DNA of 64,000 nt from positions 1 to 64,000 of IMG/VR virus record IMGVR_UViG_3300029928_000002. The stretch is one strand, 5' to 3'. The notes below the pieces were generated by a model. It was not told the DNA's origin. It did not search any database and worked only from the letters and a program-made list of their open reading frames with translations. Every line of letters begins with the position of its first letter. Positions within the stretch are counted from its first letter, which is position 1. This stretch comes from a virus (lineage: Duplodnaviria > Caudoviricetes). The position numbers and the translations under genes were made by a program. Below, one piece after another: positions 7,902 to 19,440 of the stretch.

Positions 7902-8064
7902 TGTATATAATAAATATTATTTGAAATCCTGTTATAATAAAATAATTGAAGATATTAAAAATATTAGAGATATTACAGAGAAATACAACTCTTTAGATAA
8001 TCAAGATTATCTCAATTTCTTAGATACTTTAAATGAATTATCAATAGATCAAGATAGAAAGTAA
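7885..8064 (+). CDS. Small hypothetical protein (code 15)
   Basis: 59 aa with TAG at codon 4; followed by a terminator. Confidence 0.45.
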
Positions 8065-8094
8065 AATATTTTTCAGTTTTCATTTTAACTAAAT

Positions 8095-8145
8095 AAGCCC
8101 GAAGTCTACATATTATTGTAGAATTTCGGGCTTTATTATTTTTTT
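8095..8145. terminator. Terminator hairpin between convergent transcription units
   Basis: AAGCCCGAA...TTCGGGCTT followed by a T-rich run. Confidence 0.7.
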
Positions 8146-8263
8146 ATTATTTTATAAAATAAGATTCACGAGTTTCACTATCTGGATTAGTATTAGGGAA
8201 CTATCTTAAAATATAATCTGATCCAACAGCGATTGGAAATTTTATTCACCAGATTATATTTTA

Positions 8264-8773
8264 TCATCTATTTAAATATAACTTACCGTACTATATTCCA
8301 TTTAACCTTCTCAACCATCCTTTACCATAAGTCGAAAACTGTCGTAATCCTCTAATAAAAGATTCTCTCAATTTCCACAAATTAGTAAATAGAAGTTTGC
8401 CATCTAATGAATTTATTTTACTTATTGTTTTAGGGCCAACTACTCCATCTGGATTTAGTCCTAAATATTTCTATACTTTAGTAATTCCATGACTTCCTGA
8501 ACACCATAACCAATCTACTACTAAATAGGCTACCCATTCATCTTTAATATCATCTGCTTTCCATTTATTCCAGAAATACTTTTTAAATATGTATTCCCAC
8601 TATTGTAAAGTCATATTCTTTAAATCTGTTACAGATTTATCTTTACCGAACACGGCTCTGAAAGTCCCAATAGTAATTCCTTTATTAGTAGCACCACCTC
8701 TATCTCTAGGGTCGTTTACAAATCCACCTTCCCAAGATCTTATAAATCTTGCTAATGTATCCAATCTACTCAT
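8264..8773 (-). CDS. Endolysin, glycoside hydrolase family 108 with PG-binding C-terminus (code 15, 169 aa)
   Basis: '[21 protein letters not shown]' GH108 signature, 'DGVVGPKT', 'GWLRRL'; three in-frame TAG. Confidence 0.9.
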
Positions 8774-9051
8774 TACTACTATTTAAAATTAAAATTTACA
8801 TCATCTCTATCATCTCTCCTATTTGGAGTATTAGGACGTTTCCATATATTAGTAATACTGTCTACTCCTAATAATGCTGTAGATCCTATTATTACAGAAT
8901 CTACCATTACAGGAGCTTGTATTTCCATTAAGGTACAGTAAATTAATATTCCCATACATATTATCCATCCCAATACTCCGCATACTCTCTTAGAACTAAT
9001 AGAATTAGCCTAAGCTAGAAATATACTTTTAATTACCTCCTTTATTGTCAT
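8773..9051 (-). CDS. Holin (2 TM, code 15, 92 aa)
   Basis: '[20 protein letters not shown]...[14 protein letters not shown]'; TAATG overlap with the endolysin. Confidence 0.75.
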
Positions 9052-10555
9052 TTTGTTTATTCTAAACTCCTATAGTTACTGGAGCAGCGGCTGTTGGCAT
9101 ATACTTTAAGGCATACCTAAATTTTCTTAACCAAGAAACTAAAGAAGCGCCATAAGCGGTTCTTCTAAGAAGCTCTTTAATATAGTCTCCTGCATATCCA
9201 TTTATAGGCTTTCTTGCATACAAGTCTAAAAGCTCTTGGTCAGACATTCCGTCTATATATTTATTCATTTCTTGAAGCGAAATATCATCTTTTCCTAAGA
9301 GTTTCTACAGCTTTCTGTAAATTACTCCCTAATATTCCTTATTAGTAGCTCCTTTTTCTATAGCCTGTGTTGAAAAAGAATTACCTAATTGCTATGTTAG
9401 ACTTGAAGGGTACACTTTATCTAAAAGATTTTTCTAACGTTCTGTATAAGGATTTACCTCAAATTGATAGGAATGTTCCGTTTCATGTAATATATTACTT
9501 TGTAATCTGTTAGGGCTAACTTTTAAGTTTTCGTTTATATATATAGTTCTAGGAGTACTGTTAGAATAAAATCCTCCAGAAGTTTTATAAAGATCATCAA
9601 ATTGATTAATACTTGGAAATTGAGAATATTTTTTTATGGTAGGAGCAGGCATATTTTTTATTCTGGTAAACGTCTGTCCTAAATCATATACTTCTGGATT
9701 GTCTGTCTATCCGGTTTTTAAATATTTTTTTACTTCTTTCGCCATTTCGGGAGAATACCATCCTTCCAAATTTCTATCTGCATTTAATCTAATATTTCCC
9801 ATAACACTATTTGCAGGTTCTCCGTAAACTTTGAAAGAAAATTCCTTAGGTGCTTGTCTTTTCTCAGGCAAATTATTTAAAAAAACAACGTTCTAGTTAA
9901 TAGTAGGTTTTGCAGACAAAGCAGCTGTATTCTTAGCCCAACTGCTAGTAGCTTCGTTTAATAAACTATTTCTCGCCCAGTGAGCTGCAGCATTCTATCC
10001 AGTTTTAGTTAAGCCTAATTTAACTAATCCTTCTCCAAGTTTATAAGCTCCATTTCCAACTACTAAACCTTCTAATGTATAATCAGGTTTTAGACTAGAT
10101 TCATTAGGAGCTAATTCTGTAGTATTAGTGTTTGACATATTGCCATTAACGTCTACGGCTATCCCCGGTCTATTCACACTTAGTTTAATGCGCTCATCTC
10201 CATGATTTCTAAGTTTACCTTCAGAATCTTCAAAAGTTGCTTGCTGAGCAGAATATGTTTTCTGAACAGCATTATTCTATTTTCTTTGCTATACAGAATA
10301 ATCTTCAGAACTATTTGGAAGAGTGCTCCTAAATTCTCCAGTTTTAGTATTTCTATATCCCTAATTACCATTAACATCTTTATCTTTAATCCAAGTATTA
10401 TCTATACGAGGAGCTGTAACAGTTATTTCTGGAAAGTCTACTGTTACAGGCTTACCACTATTTACTGTATTAAGTACATCATTATAATTCGATGGGCGTA
10501 CTCTATAACCATTAAATACTATTCCACCAATTTGTTTTTTAGGAATTAAGTTCAT
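9029..10555 (-). CDS. Putative virion cargo protein with C-terminal zincin-like metallopeptidase motif (code 15, 508 aa)
   Basis: Four same-frame ORF fragments join through TAG; 'ILHETEHSYQ' HExxH; N-terminus shared with 10591..11829. Confidence 0.7.
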
Positions 10556-10590
10556 GCTATTTTATAATTTATTTTTCCAGATTAACCAAA

Positions 10591-11829
10591 TTATAATTTA
10601 CCACCTAATGCTTTTTTCTTTGTAAATCCAAATGAATGTGGTTGGTAATCTAATGATGAGGCATCTGCTGGTTTAACATAAGGGTGTAACCATTTTAGTT
10701 CAAGTAACTGTTCGTCAGGATTGCCATAGAACAAATAGTGTCTAAAGTTAATATCGTCCGGCAGTCGATTAGCTACAATGCCAGCACCGGCATTTGCTTG
10801 GGCATCAAGAAATGTAGGTGAAACAGGTTTATATTTAGTTACTACTTTTCCTTTTCTTGTAATTGCTGTACCTCCATCAACCCTTTCCTTCCTAAGTCTT
10901 CCTTCGCCGGGTTTATAAACATATGGTTCATCTGTTGTTGTGTAGAAAATATTATCGGGTTGTCTTCTAAAACGAAAGTCATTAGCTGCCAACTTTTCAG
11001 ACCTGCTTGCTTTTTCAATTATAGGTCTTTGAAGAATACCTACATAACCTCCATTATCTGTATAAAGTTTAGATAAATCAATGGAATTTGAGGTATAAAG
11101 CACAGAATTTCTACTTGGATTACCTCCTGAGTTAAGAGCACTTGGCACATGAGGGTGAGTTAAGGTATATTCGGCAATTTGTTGATCTGTCCAACTATCA
11201 GGAAAATTATAATATTTTCTTGCTTCATAAGTAGAAACACCTCTTGTAAAAGTATTATGCTGTTTAACAAGTTGGTTTGTTAGTCTATCTAAATTTTTAT
11301 CATCAAAAATTAATCCGATCTTAGGCTTGTACTCATTATACCCATATCTTTTAATAAAGGCGTTAATGTTACGGTAGTCCTTCACATTTGTATACAAATG
11401 TGCTGCTGGTTTTGCTGCTAACCCTGCCATAGGTACTGCAAAATCCAAGGCAAGGTTGGCATAAGGACTGTCAAACACTCCCTTATTACCCATTACAAAT
11501 GAATTACCTACGTCTTTCCATGTCTTTTTGCCCCTTAATGCGTCATAAGCATCTCCTGCCAGTCTCAAGTTTTGACTTACTGAACCTCTGTTAAGCAATC
11601 CAAGGGTGACAATATTAGCAAAGTCCATGAAACCATTTGGGTCATAATAGCTCCTGTAATTCCTTGGGTCACTGGCTGTCACAGTGGTATCAGGCAATGT
11701 CACCTCCAAGGGCTTGCCACTATTAACAGTATTTAATACAGCTTCATAGTCAGATGGAGCAACGTGATAATTATTTACGGTTACTCCAGTATCAGTCGAT
11801 TTATTCTAATTTTTAGGAATTAATTTCAT
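10591..11829 (-). CDS. Putative virion cargo/effector protein (code 15, 412 aa)
   Basis: Single TAG at codon 8; N-terminus MKLIPK...VLNTVNSGKP; ends KKKALGGKL. Confidence 0.75.
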
Positions 11830-13073
11830 GTCATTTTATTTAATATTTTATGTAGTGAAGTTCCCTATGCGTCAGCATAAGCATCCTATCCACTCTTTAG
11901 ATAATTAAGCATACTCTAAGGTCTAAACCACAATCCATACATTATCTATCCTTTAGACAAACCTTTTGTTCCATATTTATTTATATAAGGTTGTACTAAA
12001 TTAGCTAAATAGTCATAGTATCTAGAAGCTCCCTATATCTACTACTGAGCAGTACTTCCATAACCAAACCGCTATTTAGTAGAATTAATAAATCCAAATA
12101 ACCCAGAAGCACTTGATTTAGGATTCTTAGCATTTATCCTAAATCCAGATTCATTATGAGCAATCTTAGTAAGAATATCTGCTTTAGAAGAATCTGGAAC
12201 CATACTCCTAATTAATTGTGGGACAGTTCCAGTATAAGAACTTTTATTATTCTTGTAGAACTAATCTTCTTTATTATAAGAATCTAATAAAGAAGGTACA
12301 TCTAAATCATTTAAATCTAACAAATCTGATACATCATCTGAAGTAGAATCATCAATTTCATCTATATTCTAATTTAGATCTATATCAGTATCTGGCTGGT
12401 TTAATATAGAATCTCGATATTCCCATATATTATCTGGATTTATATTTATATTATATGTATTTTCATTACTAGCTAATGTATCTTCAAATTTAAATCCATT
12501 AGCCCCATATCTAATAAGATTCTTTCTCCAATTTACTAAAGCTGCTTGGTCTGGTCCAAAATGCCAATTAGCTCCAGTAGCTCCATATTTCTTCTTATCT
12601 GAATCAGATACTTCTTCAATAATTCCCCATCCTTTAGCATTCATCCAATCTCTAATATTTTTATTAGAGTAAATTTCTTTACGTAAATCTTCAAATGTTT
12701 TACCATCAGTAGGAACTATATCATAAGCACCACCTTTTATGGAATGGTTAGATTTCTTACCTGTATTAGTCTTAGCTCCCGGCCTATATCCAGAAGTTAT
12801 CTTGGCATTAATTCCCTCTCTTCTAAGTAATTCTGGAAATGATATATCTGTAATAGAAGCAGGCTGTTTAGGAATAGAATCTAACTATCTACTCTTTATA
12901 TCTGCAGCAGCAGATTTTAATTTAGATAAAATATCTTCAGCTTTAATTATCGGCTATTCAAATATTATATCTGAACCATCATTTAAATCTGCTGTAACAA
13001 ATGGATCTTCGAGTTTATAATCTACATATTCTGTCGGGGAATAAGTTGCTAAATTCTATGCATAATTAATCAT
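11826..13073 (-). CDS. Two-domain peptidoglycan hydrolase: M15-like peptidase plus SLT-like lytic transglycosylase (code 15, 415 aa)
   Basis: 'ITSGYRPG...SNHSIKGGAYDI...WHFG' (M15 SxH/D/H) and 'IAHNESGFRQNAKNPKSSASGLFGFI' (SLT). Confidence 0.8.
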
Positions 13074-13365
13074 ATGGTTTAATGTTTATTTTATGTTGGT
13101 ATAACCATTTTAGTGAATAGGTATCTGATAGTAAATCGTTGTGCAACTTTCTATGACAATTACAACAAAGTAAACAGCATTTATTAAGTTCAGATATTAA
13201 TTCCTATTTACTATACTTATGTTCATTTACACTTCTTAAAGAGAATAATTTATCTTTAGAATTTATATGGTGAAATTCTAAACAACAATCTGCATCCTCA
13301 CCACATATTATACATTTATGAGTATGTTTGTAATTCTTTAAGAAATTGCTAAAAGGTTTTGTCAT
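13066..13365 (-). CDS. Small HNH endonuclease (code 15, 99 aa)
   Basis: 'CIICGE...LEFHHI...KCCLLCCNCHRKLH'. Confidence 0.8.
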
Positions 13366-14441
13366 TATTTTCCTAATAGGGTAGATAAAATAGAATCCGA
13401 TTTAGTACTATATTTTACAGGAGTTTCGTCAACAAATGTAACAATTCCCGCGTTTGGATATAACCACGTAGGTTTAGTAGCAGCTGTCATCATTTTTCCG
13501 GAAATAGTATATGGATTCCAATCCCATCTATCACTGCTTCTTGCAATATTATTATTAAATTTAATTCTAAAATGATTAACATCTATTACTGGAGTTTCGT
13601 TATCAGTATCATACATATTCTCAGAATCGGCGGGCTACATAGTGCCTTTAAGATTTCTATCAGCAATAATAGAATCGGCAGGATATATTTTACCCCGATA
13701 AACGTTGTCTAACTATTCACCGTTAAAGAATAAAGGTTTGTTATATTTCTAGAAACCCCCATTACCATATAATACCTACTTTAAAGGATTCTAATTACCT
13801 ATAGCGGCCCTCTAAGAATCATTAGCTTTAGAAAATCCGCTATATCTAGGATCATGCAGAGCCTTACCAAAAAATGATAGAGGTCCACTAAACAAACTTG
13901 CTAAACCTCCACTATTTTCTCCCACAAAATCAGCAGCTCCTTTTGTAAAAGTTCCTCCAGTTACTACGTTATCTAAGTCTTGTGCTACTTTAGTTACTTT
14001 AATAAGGTTTCTTGCATTATTGATTCTTCTACCAGATAGACTTACATCGAATACTTTAGGATTCTTTTTGAAAAGATTAAATGTCTTATTTGCAACTAAA
14101 TGTCCTACTCTCATAGGTATTGCAATACCATTTCTTACTATTTTTCCAGGAATTTTGGCAACTTGTACAGCCTTCTTGGTTTTATTTGTAGCAGATAACA
14201 GATTCTCAGTTCTTTTTACTAGTTTGCCCACTTTGCCCAATTTACCCATTTTCCCAACTACAGGTAAAGCTCCTAGTACTTCTATACCAGCATTTACCCA
14301 AGTTCCGGGATCGGAATCGATATGTTTAACTGCAGTATAGGCATCTTTCCAAGATGTTATACCTGTTGGATCTAATAATTTTACAACATCGATAGCTAAT
14401 TCTTTAGAATTATCAAGCAAGGCTTTCACTCTACTAGGCAT
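13365..14441 (-). CDS. Putative cargo protein with pre-toxin TG-like N-terminal region (code 15, 358 aa)
   Basis: 'LDPTGITSWKDA...LGALPVVGKMGKLGKVGKLVK'; two ORF fragments join through TAG. Confidence 0.65.
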
Positions 14442-15027
14442 TGTTATTCGGAATTAAAGTAATTAATGGCAAATTATGTTCTTTGTTATAAGCATTTATT
14501 ATCTATTTATCTTTATTTCTATTTCTGTTTATTTCTACATTATAGAAAGCGGGTCTAGTATTATAGTTCTTCTTTTTTAATCCCTACTTAAATTGATTAA
14601 AATTCTATACATTCTAAAGATTTCTATACCTACCAGTAGTTAAACTGTCTGTAGCATTTTTAATCCACTTATCTAAAGAAGTTGCTCTTTTACCAAATGA
14701 GTAATATTTATTCGGTCTACTATCTTCTACGAGAGATAAATGAGCTGTGTCAAATGCCGCCTAAGCTGGTATTCCATTGTCCAACAATCCCAAATATCTC
14801 TAAAGTATTCCACCATTCTAATGTTTCCATTTCCTAGCGTTCTCAGCAAATACAGCTCTCTTTACTAATGTAGAATTGCCGCTAGCCTTGGCTCTCTAAA
14901 TACAAGCATCTGTAACTTTACCTCCACAGTAAGAAGTAAATTTACCTTCATTCTTTTTCTTTATATGAATAGGGTCTGTCTTTCCACCCTATTTATACTA
15001 AATAAGATTGATTAGATTTATATTCAT
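14413..15027 (-). CDS. Hypothetical virion-associated protein (code 15, 204 aa)
   Basis: 'IHIKKKNEGKFTSYCGGKVTDACIQRAK...KRAVFAENARKWKHQNGG', a motif typical of crAss-like phages. Confidence 0.7.
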
Positions 15028-15213
15028 TAGTTGAAAAATTAATTATTATTTATATAATTATCTTAGATTGTTTATAATTATCTATTTTGGATTTAAAAAA
15101 ATCTGCCAATATACAATATGTAATATGTATATTAAAAAATTAATTTTGTCTAAATTAAATTTACTGATACATTTAATTGAATCAAATGTTTTAATTATAC
15201 ATTACCATGAGAA

Positions 15214-15924
15214 ATGATTTTAAATATTTTAAAATTTTGTTTAAACTATGTGTGGGAAAAATTAGATTAGCTACCACCGCATATTAAAACGTATATCTTT
15301 ATATCTTTAATATCCATTTGTATTGGATGGGGAGTATTGTATATACAAGATTAGAGATTTAAATTTTACAGCCAGTAGAGTAAAGAAATGTATTAGATAG
15401 AAGAGAGAGAATAGGAAGAGTATACTCTCAGAATGTCCGACTATATAAATACTGCTTTACTTGAAATTGCTGAAAGAGATGGTGAAACCTATGATGTGGT
15501 ATTATTACAATATCATAACACTAAGAAAACTTTACAAGGATTAAGTTACATATATTTAGACTGCTATACAGAATATAAATCAGAACCATCAAGAATATCT
15601 GCTAAGAAATTCTTTAAAGATCTAGATTATGTAACTTATCTGGATGAATTACAAACTATATATCAATCTTCATTTGTAAGATGTAATAGTATGGAGGAAT
15701 TTAAGAATAAATTTCCAAGATTATATTATGATGCTTTTAGATATTTAGACAATAAGGCATTAGCTATTTATCCATTGAAAGGTGTTCACGGATATTTAGG
15801 AATGATTGTATTACTATATGACAAACCTAGAAAATACTATGATGGATATACCGAAAAGGTAATAACACCAAGTGCTGAATAGTTATGTGCTATCTTAGAT
15901 TATAATAATGTATCAAGAAAATAA
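15214..15924 (+). CDS. Single-TM protein with soluble GAF-like domain, possible T4 holin T-like (code 15, 236 aa)
   Basis: N-terminal TM 'YIFISLISICIGWGVLYI'; 'VLLQYHN' and 'AIYPLKGVHGYLGMIVLLY'. Confidence 0.5.
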
Positions 15925-15935
15925 TTTTATGCTCT

Positions 15936-17870
15936 ATGGATAATGAATATGATAAAAGAAATGGTAATGTAGTTTTTAAAGAGGATTCTCATAAATATTG
16001 GGATTTAACAAATCCTACAGCTCCCTTTATTTCTGTGACTACTCTTATTGAAAGATTTGCTCAGCCTTTTAATAAGGAATTTTGGTCTATGTATAAGGCT
16101 TTAGAAAAACTAATCCCAAAAGAAGATTGGAAAACAGTTTCTAAACCATTAAGAGATTCGATGAAGATTCCAGATGATATTTATAATATGTATGACTTTA
16201 CCAAAGAAGATGTAATTAAAGTTCAACAAGATATTCTAGATGAGTGGCAAAAAACTAATCAAGAATCTTGTGAAAGGGGTACTAAGATTCATGCTGAATT
16301 GGAGAACTCTTTTTATAAAATGGGAGCTAATTGCAATCTTCAGAAGTTTGGTATCGGAGGTAAATTTATCTGTGATAAAGGTAGAACAACCTTAGACTTA
16401 GAAGATGGAGTATATCCAGAATACCTTATTAGTAGGGTTTCTGAAGACGGAGTCTTAAGACTTGCTGGACAGATTGACCTCCTAGTAAAGAAAGGACACC
16501 ATTACGTAATCATAGACCACAAAGGTCTTCCTTTAGATACTCCCATTTTAACTTCTAAGGGATGGTCTACAATGGAAGATTTAAAAGTTGGAGACAAAGT
16601 GTTTGATAAAGATGGAAATTTATGTAATGTTACAGTCAAGTCTGAAGTACATCATAATCCCTGTTACAGAATTAAATTTGACAATCACGAAAGTATAGTT
16701 GCAGACGTAGATCATAGATGGTTAGTCTCATTTAAATTGCAAAAGCCTACCAAAGAAAATCCTGATGGATACAAACATCGGGTTATGACAACTTTAGATA
16801 TAAAAATGTATCTAGATGCTATAGAAAAAAGAACCTCTTACAATATTCCGAAAATATTAAATGCCAAACCTTTAAATTTACCAAAAACTGATTTACCTAT
16901 AGACCCTTATGTTTTGGGGGCTTGGTTAGGCGATGGTTCTAAAGCCTGTGGAGTGATAACTCAAGCAAAAGATTCAAAACTTTGGGAAATTGTTAAACAA
17001 AGGGGCTTTGAACTTGGACCCAATTTAAATCACTCAGAAGAACGAAAAAATGTAGAACAGAGGACGGTATATGGGTTACAACCTCTGTTAAAAAAGTTAG
17101 GGGTTTTAAACAATAAACACATTCCAGATATTTATTTATTAGCTTCTTATGAAGATAGATTACAGTTATTACGTGGACTGATGGACACTGATGGATATTT
17201 TCATCCAAAACGTAAAAGATATGTTATGACTACTTCATTTGATTGGCAAATGGTGGGAATGAAGCAACTTCTATCTTCTTTGGGGTGTAAAGTTTCTGTG
17301 TTTAGAGAGATACATAAATGTGATGGAAAAGAATTTCCCGGATGGAATATTAATTTTACTACAAATAACTTTAACCCCTTCCTATGTAGGAATATGGAAA
17401 TAAAAAATCCATCTATTAAGAATAATAACGGATTTAGAAATATTGAATCTGTAGAAGAGGTGGAAACAGTACCAACGCAATGTATTGCGGTAGACAGTCC
17501 TTCACACACATATTTATGTACCCACTCTTTAATAGTAACTCACAATACTAATTCAAAAATAGAGAAGAAGGGTTATTTTAATAGTAAAACTAAGTCATCT
17601 GCTAAGATGAAGTTCCCATTAAACTCCCTTGAGGATTCTAATTATTGGCATTATAATCTACAGCTATCTACCTACGCGTGGATGATACAGAAATTAGATC
17701 CAGAAGCAGTTATAGATGATTTAATTCTTAACTGGTATCCACATGAAGGAGGCAATCAACAATTTCATTTGGAGTATTTAAAGAAGGAAGTAGTTAAAAT
17801 GTTATCTTATTACAAGAAACAATTACTACATCAAATACAAGAAGCTAAATATAAAGAAATAGAATACTGA
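15936..17870 (+). CDS. PD-(D/E)xK nuclease (Cas4/RecB-like exonuclease) interrupted by an intein
   Basis: 'SVTTLI', 'RGTKIH', 'AGQIDLL', 'IIDHK|TN', 'YNLQLSTYA'. Confidence 0.85.
   Translation: MDNEYDKRNGNVVFKEDSHKYWDLTNPTAPFISVTTLIERFAQPFNKEFWSMYKALEKLIPKEDWKTVSKPLRDSMKIPDDIYNMYDFTKEDVIKVQQDILDEWQKTNQESCERGTKIHAELENSFYKMGANCNLQKFGIGGKFICDKGRTTLDLEDGVYPEYLISRVSEDGVLRLAGQIDLLVKKGHHYVIIDHKGLPLDTPILTSKGWSTMEDLKVGDKVFDKDGNLCNVTVKSEVHHNPCYRIKFDNHESIVADVDHRWLVSFKLQKPTKENPDGYKHRVMTTLDIKMYLDAIEKRTSYNIPKILNAKPLNLPKTDLPIDPYVLGAWLGDGSKACGVITQAKDSKLWEIVKQRGFELGPNLNHSEERKNVEQRTVYGLQPLLKKLGVLNNKHIPDIYLLASYEDRLQLLRGLMDTDGYFHPKRKRYVMTTSFDWQMVGMKQLLSSLGCKVSVFREIHKCDGKEFPGWNINFTTNNFNPFLCRNMEIKNPSIKNNNGFRNIESVEEVETVPTQCIAVDSPSHTYLCTHSLIVTHNTNSKIEKKGYFNSKTKSSAKMKFPLNSLEDSNYWHYNLQLSTYAWMIQKLDPEAVIDDLILNWYPHEGGNQQFHLEYLKKEVVKMLSYYKKQLLHQIQEAKYKEIEY
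16524..17546 (+). mobile_element. Intein (341 aa) with LAGLIDADG endonuclease; class 3 WCT signature; N-terminal Gly
   Basis: Block A GLPLDTPIL; block B DHRW; LAGLIDADG motifs 'LGAWLGDG' and 'LLRGLMDTDG'; block F TQCIAV; block G VTHN followed by Thr. Confidence 0.9.
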
Positions 17871-17872
17871 TT

Positions 17873-18160
17873 ATGGGACTGACAGATTTGTTAAATCAAG
17901 GAAAGGATATTGTTGAGGGACATATTAACGAAGTTCTGGGACTTAATAAAGATATTAGTGCAGAACGTATGAAGATATGTTCCACTTGTCCATTATTTAA
18001 AAATATATTTGGAGGAATATGTAATCCAAAGCTTTGGCTTAATCCTCAGACTATGGAAATAAGCAATAAGCGCAAGGATGGGTACTATAAAGGGTGTGGA
18101 TGTTTAATACCACAGAAAACAAAATTGGTGTATGCGTGCTGCCCTGCTCACAGATGGTAA
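17873..18160 (+). CDS. Small Cys-rich (Zn-binding) protein
   Basis: CxxC...C...GCGC...CPAHRW. Confidence 0.75.
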   Translation: MGLTDLLNQGKDIVEGHINEVLGLNKDISAERMKICSTCPLFKNIFGGICNPKLWLNPQTMEISNKRKDGYYKGCGCLIPQKTKLVYACCPAHRW

Positions 18161-18181
18161 TTATTAATAAAATATAGAAAT

Positions 18182-18348
18182 ATGTAGTGTAAAATTGAAG
18201 GATGTACTAATAAGGTACTTGCTAATGGATTATCAAAACTAAATATATAGGAAGGTATAAAAAACTTGAAGATGCGATAGAAGCTCGTAATAAAGCAGCT
18301 AAAAAGTATTATGGAGAATTTGCCTTTGAAAATGGGGCACATACTTAA
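18182..18348 (+). pseudogene. Remnant of an HNH-AP2 homing endonuclease
   Basis: 'MQCKIEGCTNKVLANGL' joined out of frame to the AP2 tail 'KYIGRYKKLEDAIEARNKAAKKYYGEFA'. Confidence 0.7.
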
Positions 18349-18529
18349 AGGAGTTTTTAACTATATCTTTAATAAGAATAAGAATATAGCATAGAAAAGA
18401 TATTTAATTTGTAACAAATGTAAGGACAGATTAGTTCTTGATGATACTGAATATTGCAATATATGTGGCTGTTTAATAAAATTAAAAACTACAGTTCCTG
18501 AAGAAAACTGCCCTGCTCATAGATGGTAA
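18332..18529 (+). CDS. Small Cys-rich protein, paralog of 17873..18160 (code 15)
   Basis: CNKC...CNICGC...CPAHRW. Confidence 0.75.
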
Positions 18530-18632
18530 ATATATAAAATAGATAATATATTTTTAACTATATCAATCAATACTAAGATAATATAAATTAATAACAGATA
18601 ATATGTTTAATGTTTAAAATGTTTTATGAATT

Positions 18633-19232
18633 ATGCCTACAGTAAATGGTAAACAAGTACATATGCAAGATGCTTCTGCACTGCATATAGCAAATCAAAT
18701 TTCTCAAAATGGAGATATTTATGCAGATGATAAGATGTTAGATTAGATGGCTAACAATGATAAGAGATAGAAACTCTAGCAGATGATTAATGATAAAAAA
18801 GAGTCTCTTGATAAGCATGAAGATTTACTTAAACAGTATCATTAGAGTATGGTATCAGACTTAAACTAGTGTGAGATAAAACCTACGTATTCTAACGTTT
18901 TAATTAAACCATTTGATTCAAATCCGTTCCAACAAATTAAACGTGTTGGAGCACTTATAGTAGATACTGGAGGTTATACTCCAGAATATAAATCTAATGA
19001 TACTGGTGAATGGGAGGAGCAAGAACAAGCTATTGCAGTAGCTACTGTAATAGAAGTTGGCCCTGAATGTAAAAATGTAAAGCCCGGAGATGCTATTTTT
19101 TATTCTAAAATCTCTGCAATACCAATACCTTTTTATAAATAGGGGTTCTATTCTATTAATGAACATTCTATTCTACAAATGGTAAATGTAGGTTTAACTG
19201 AAAGATTTAAAAATTATGATGGAAGAAAATAA
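18633..19232 (+). CDS. groES: GroES-like co-chaperonin with N-terminal extension (code 15, 199 aa)
   Basis: 'IKPTYSNVLIKP...ATVIEVGPECKNVKPGDAIFY...INEHSIL'. Confidence 0.75.
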
Positions 19233-19440
19233 GATTTATTTTATGCCTGGAGATTTGGTATAGTTAAGGTAGGATATACCAAATAAACCAGTAATGTTAG
19301 TGGTAAAGAAAGAAACATATATCTTTAAGAATAAAGATGATAAAGAACCTTACCTTAAAGGAATTAAATGTAGATGGTTTACAACCGATGGTTAGTTACA
19401 AGAAGCTGTATTTAACACTAAAGATTTAATTAAATTATGA
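19216..19440 (+). CDS. DUF2158/YodC-like small protein (code 15)
   Basis: 'FMPGDLVQL...PVMLV...IKCRWFTTDGQLQEAVFNTKDL'. Confidence 0.65.
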
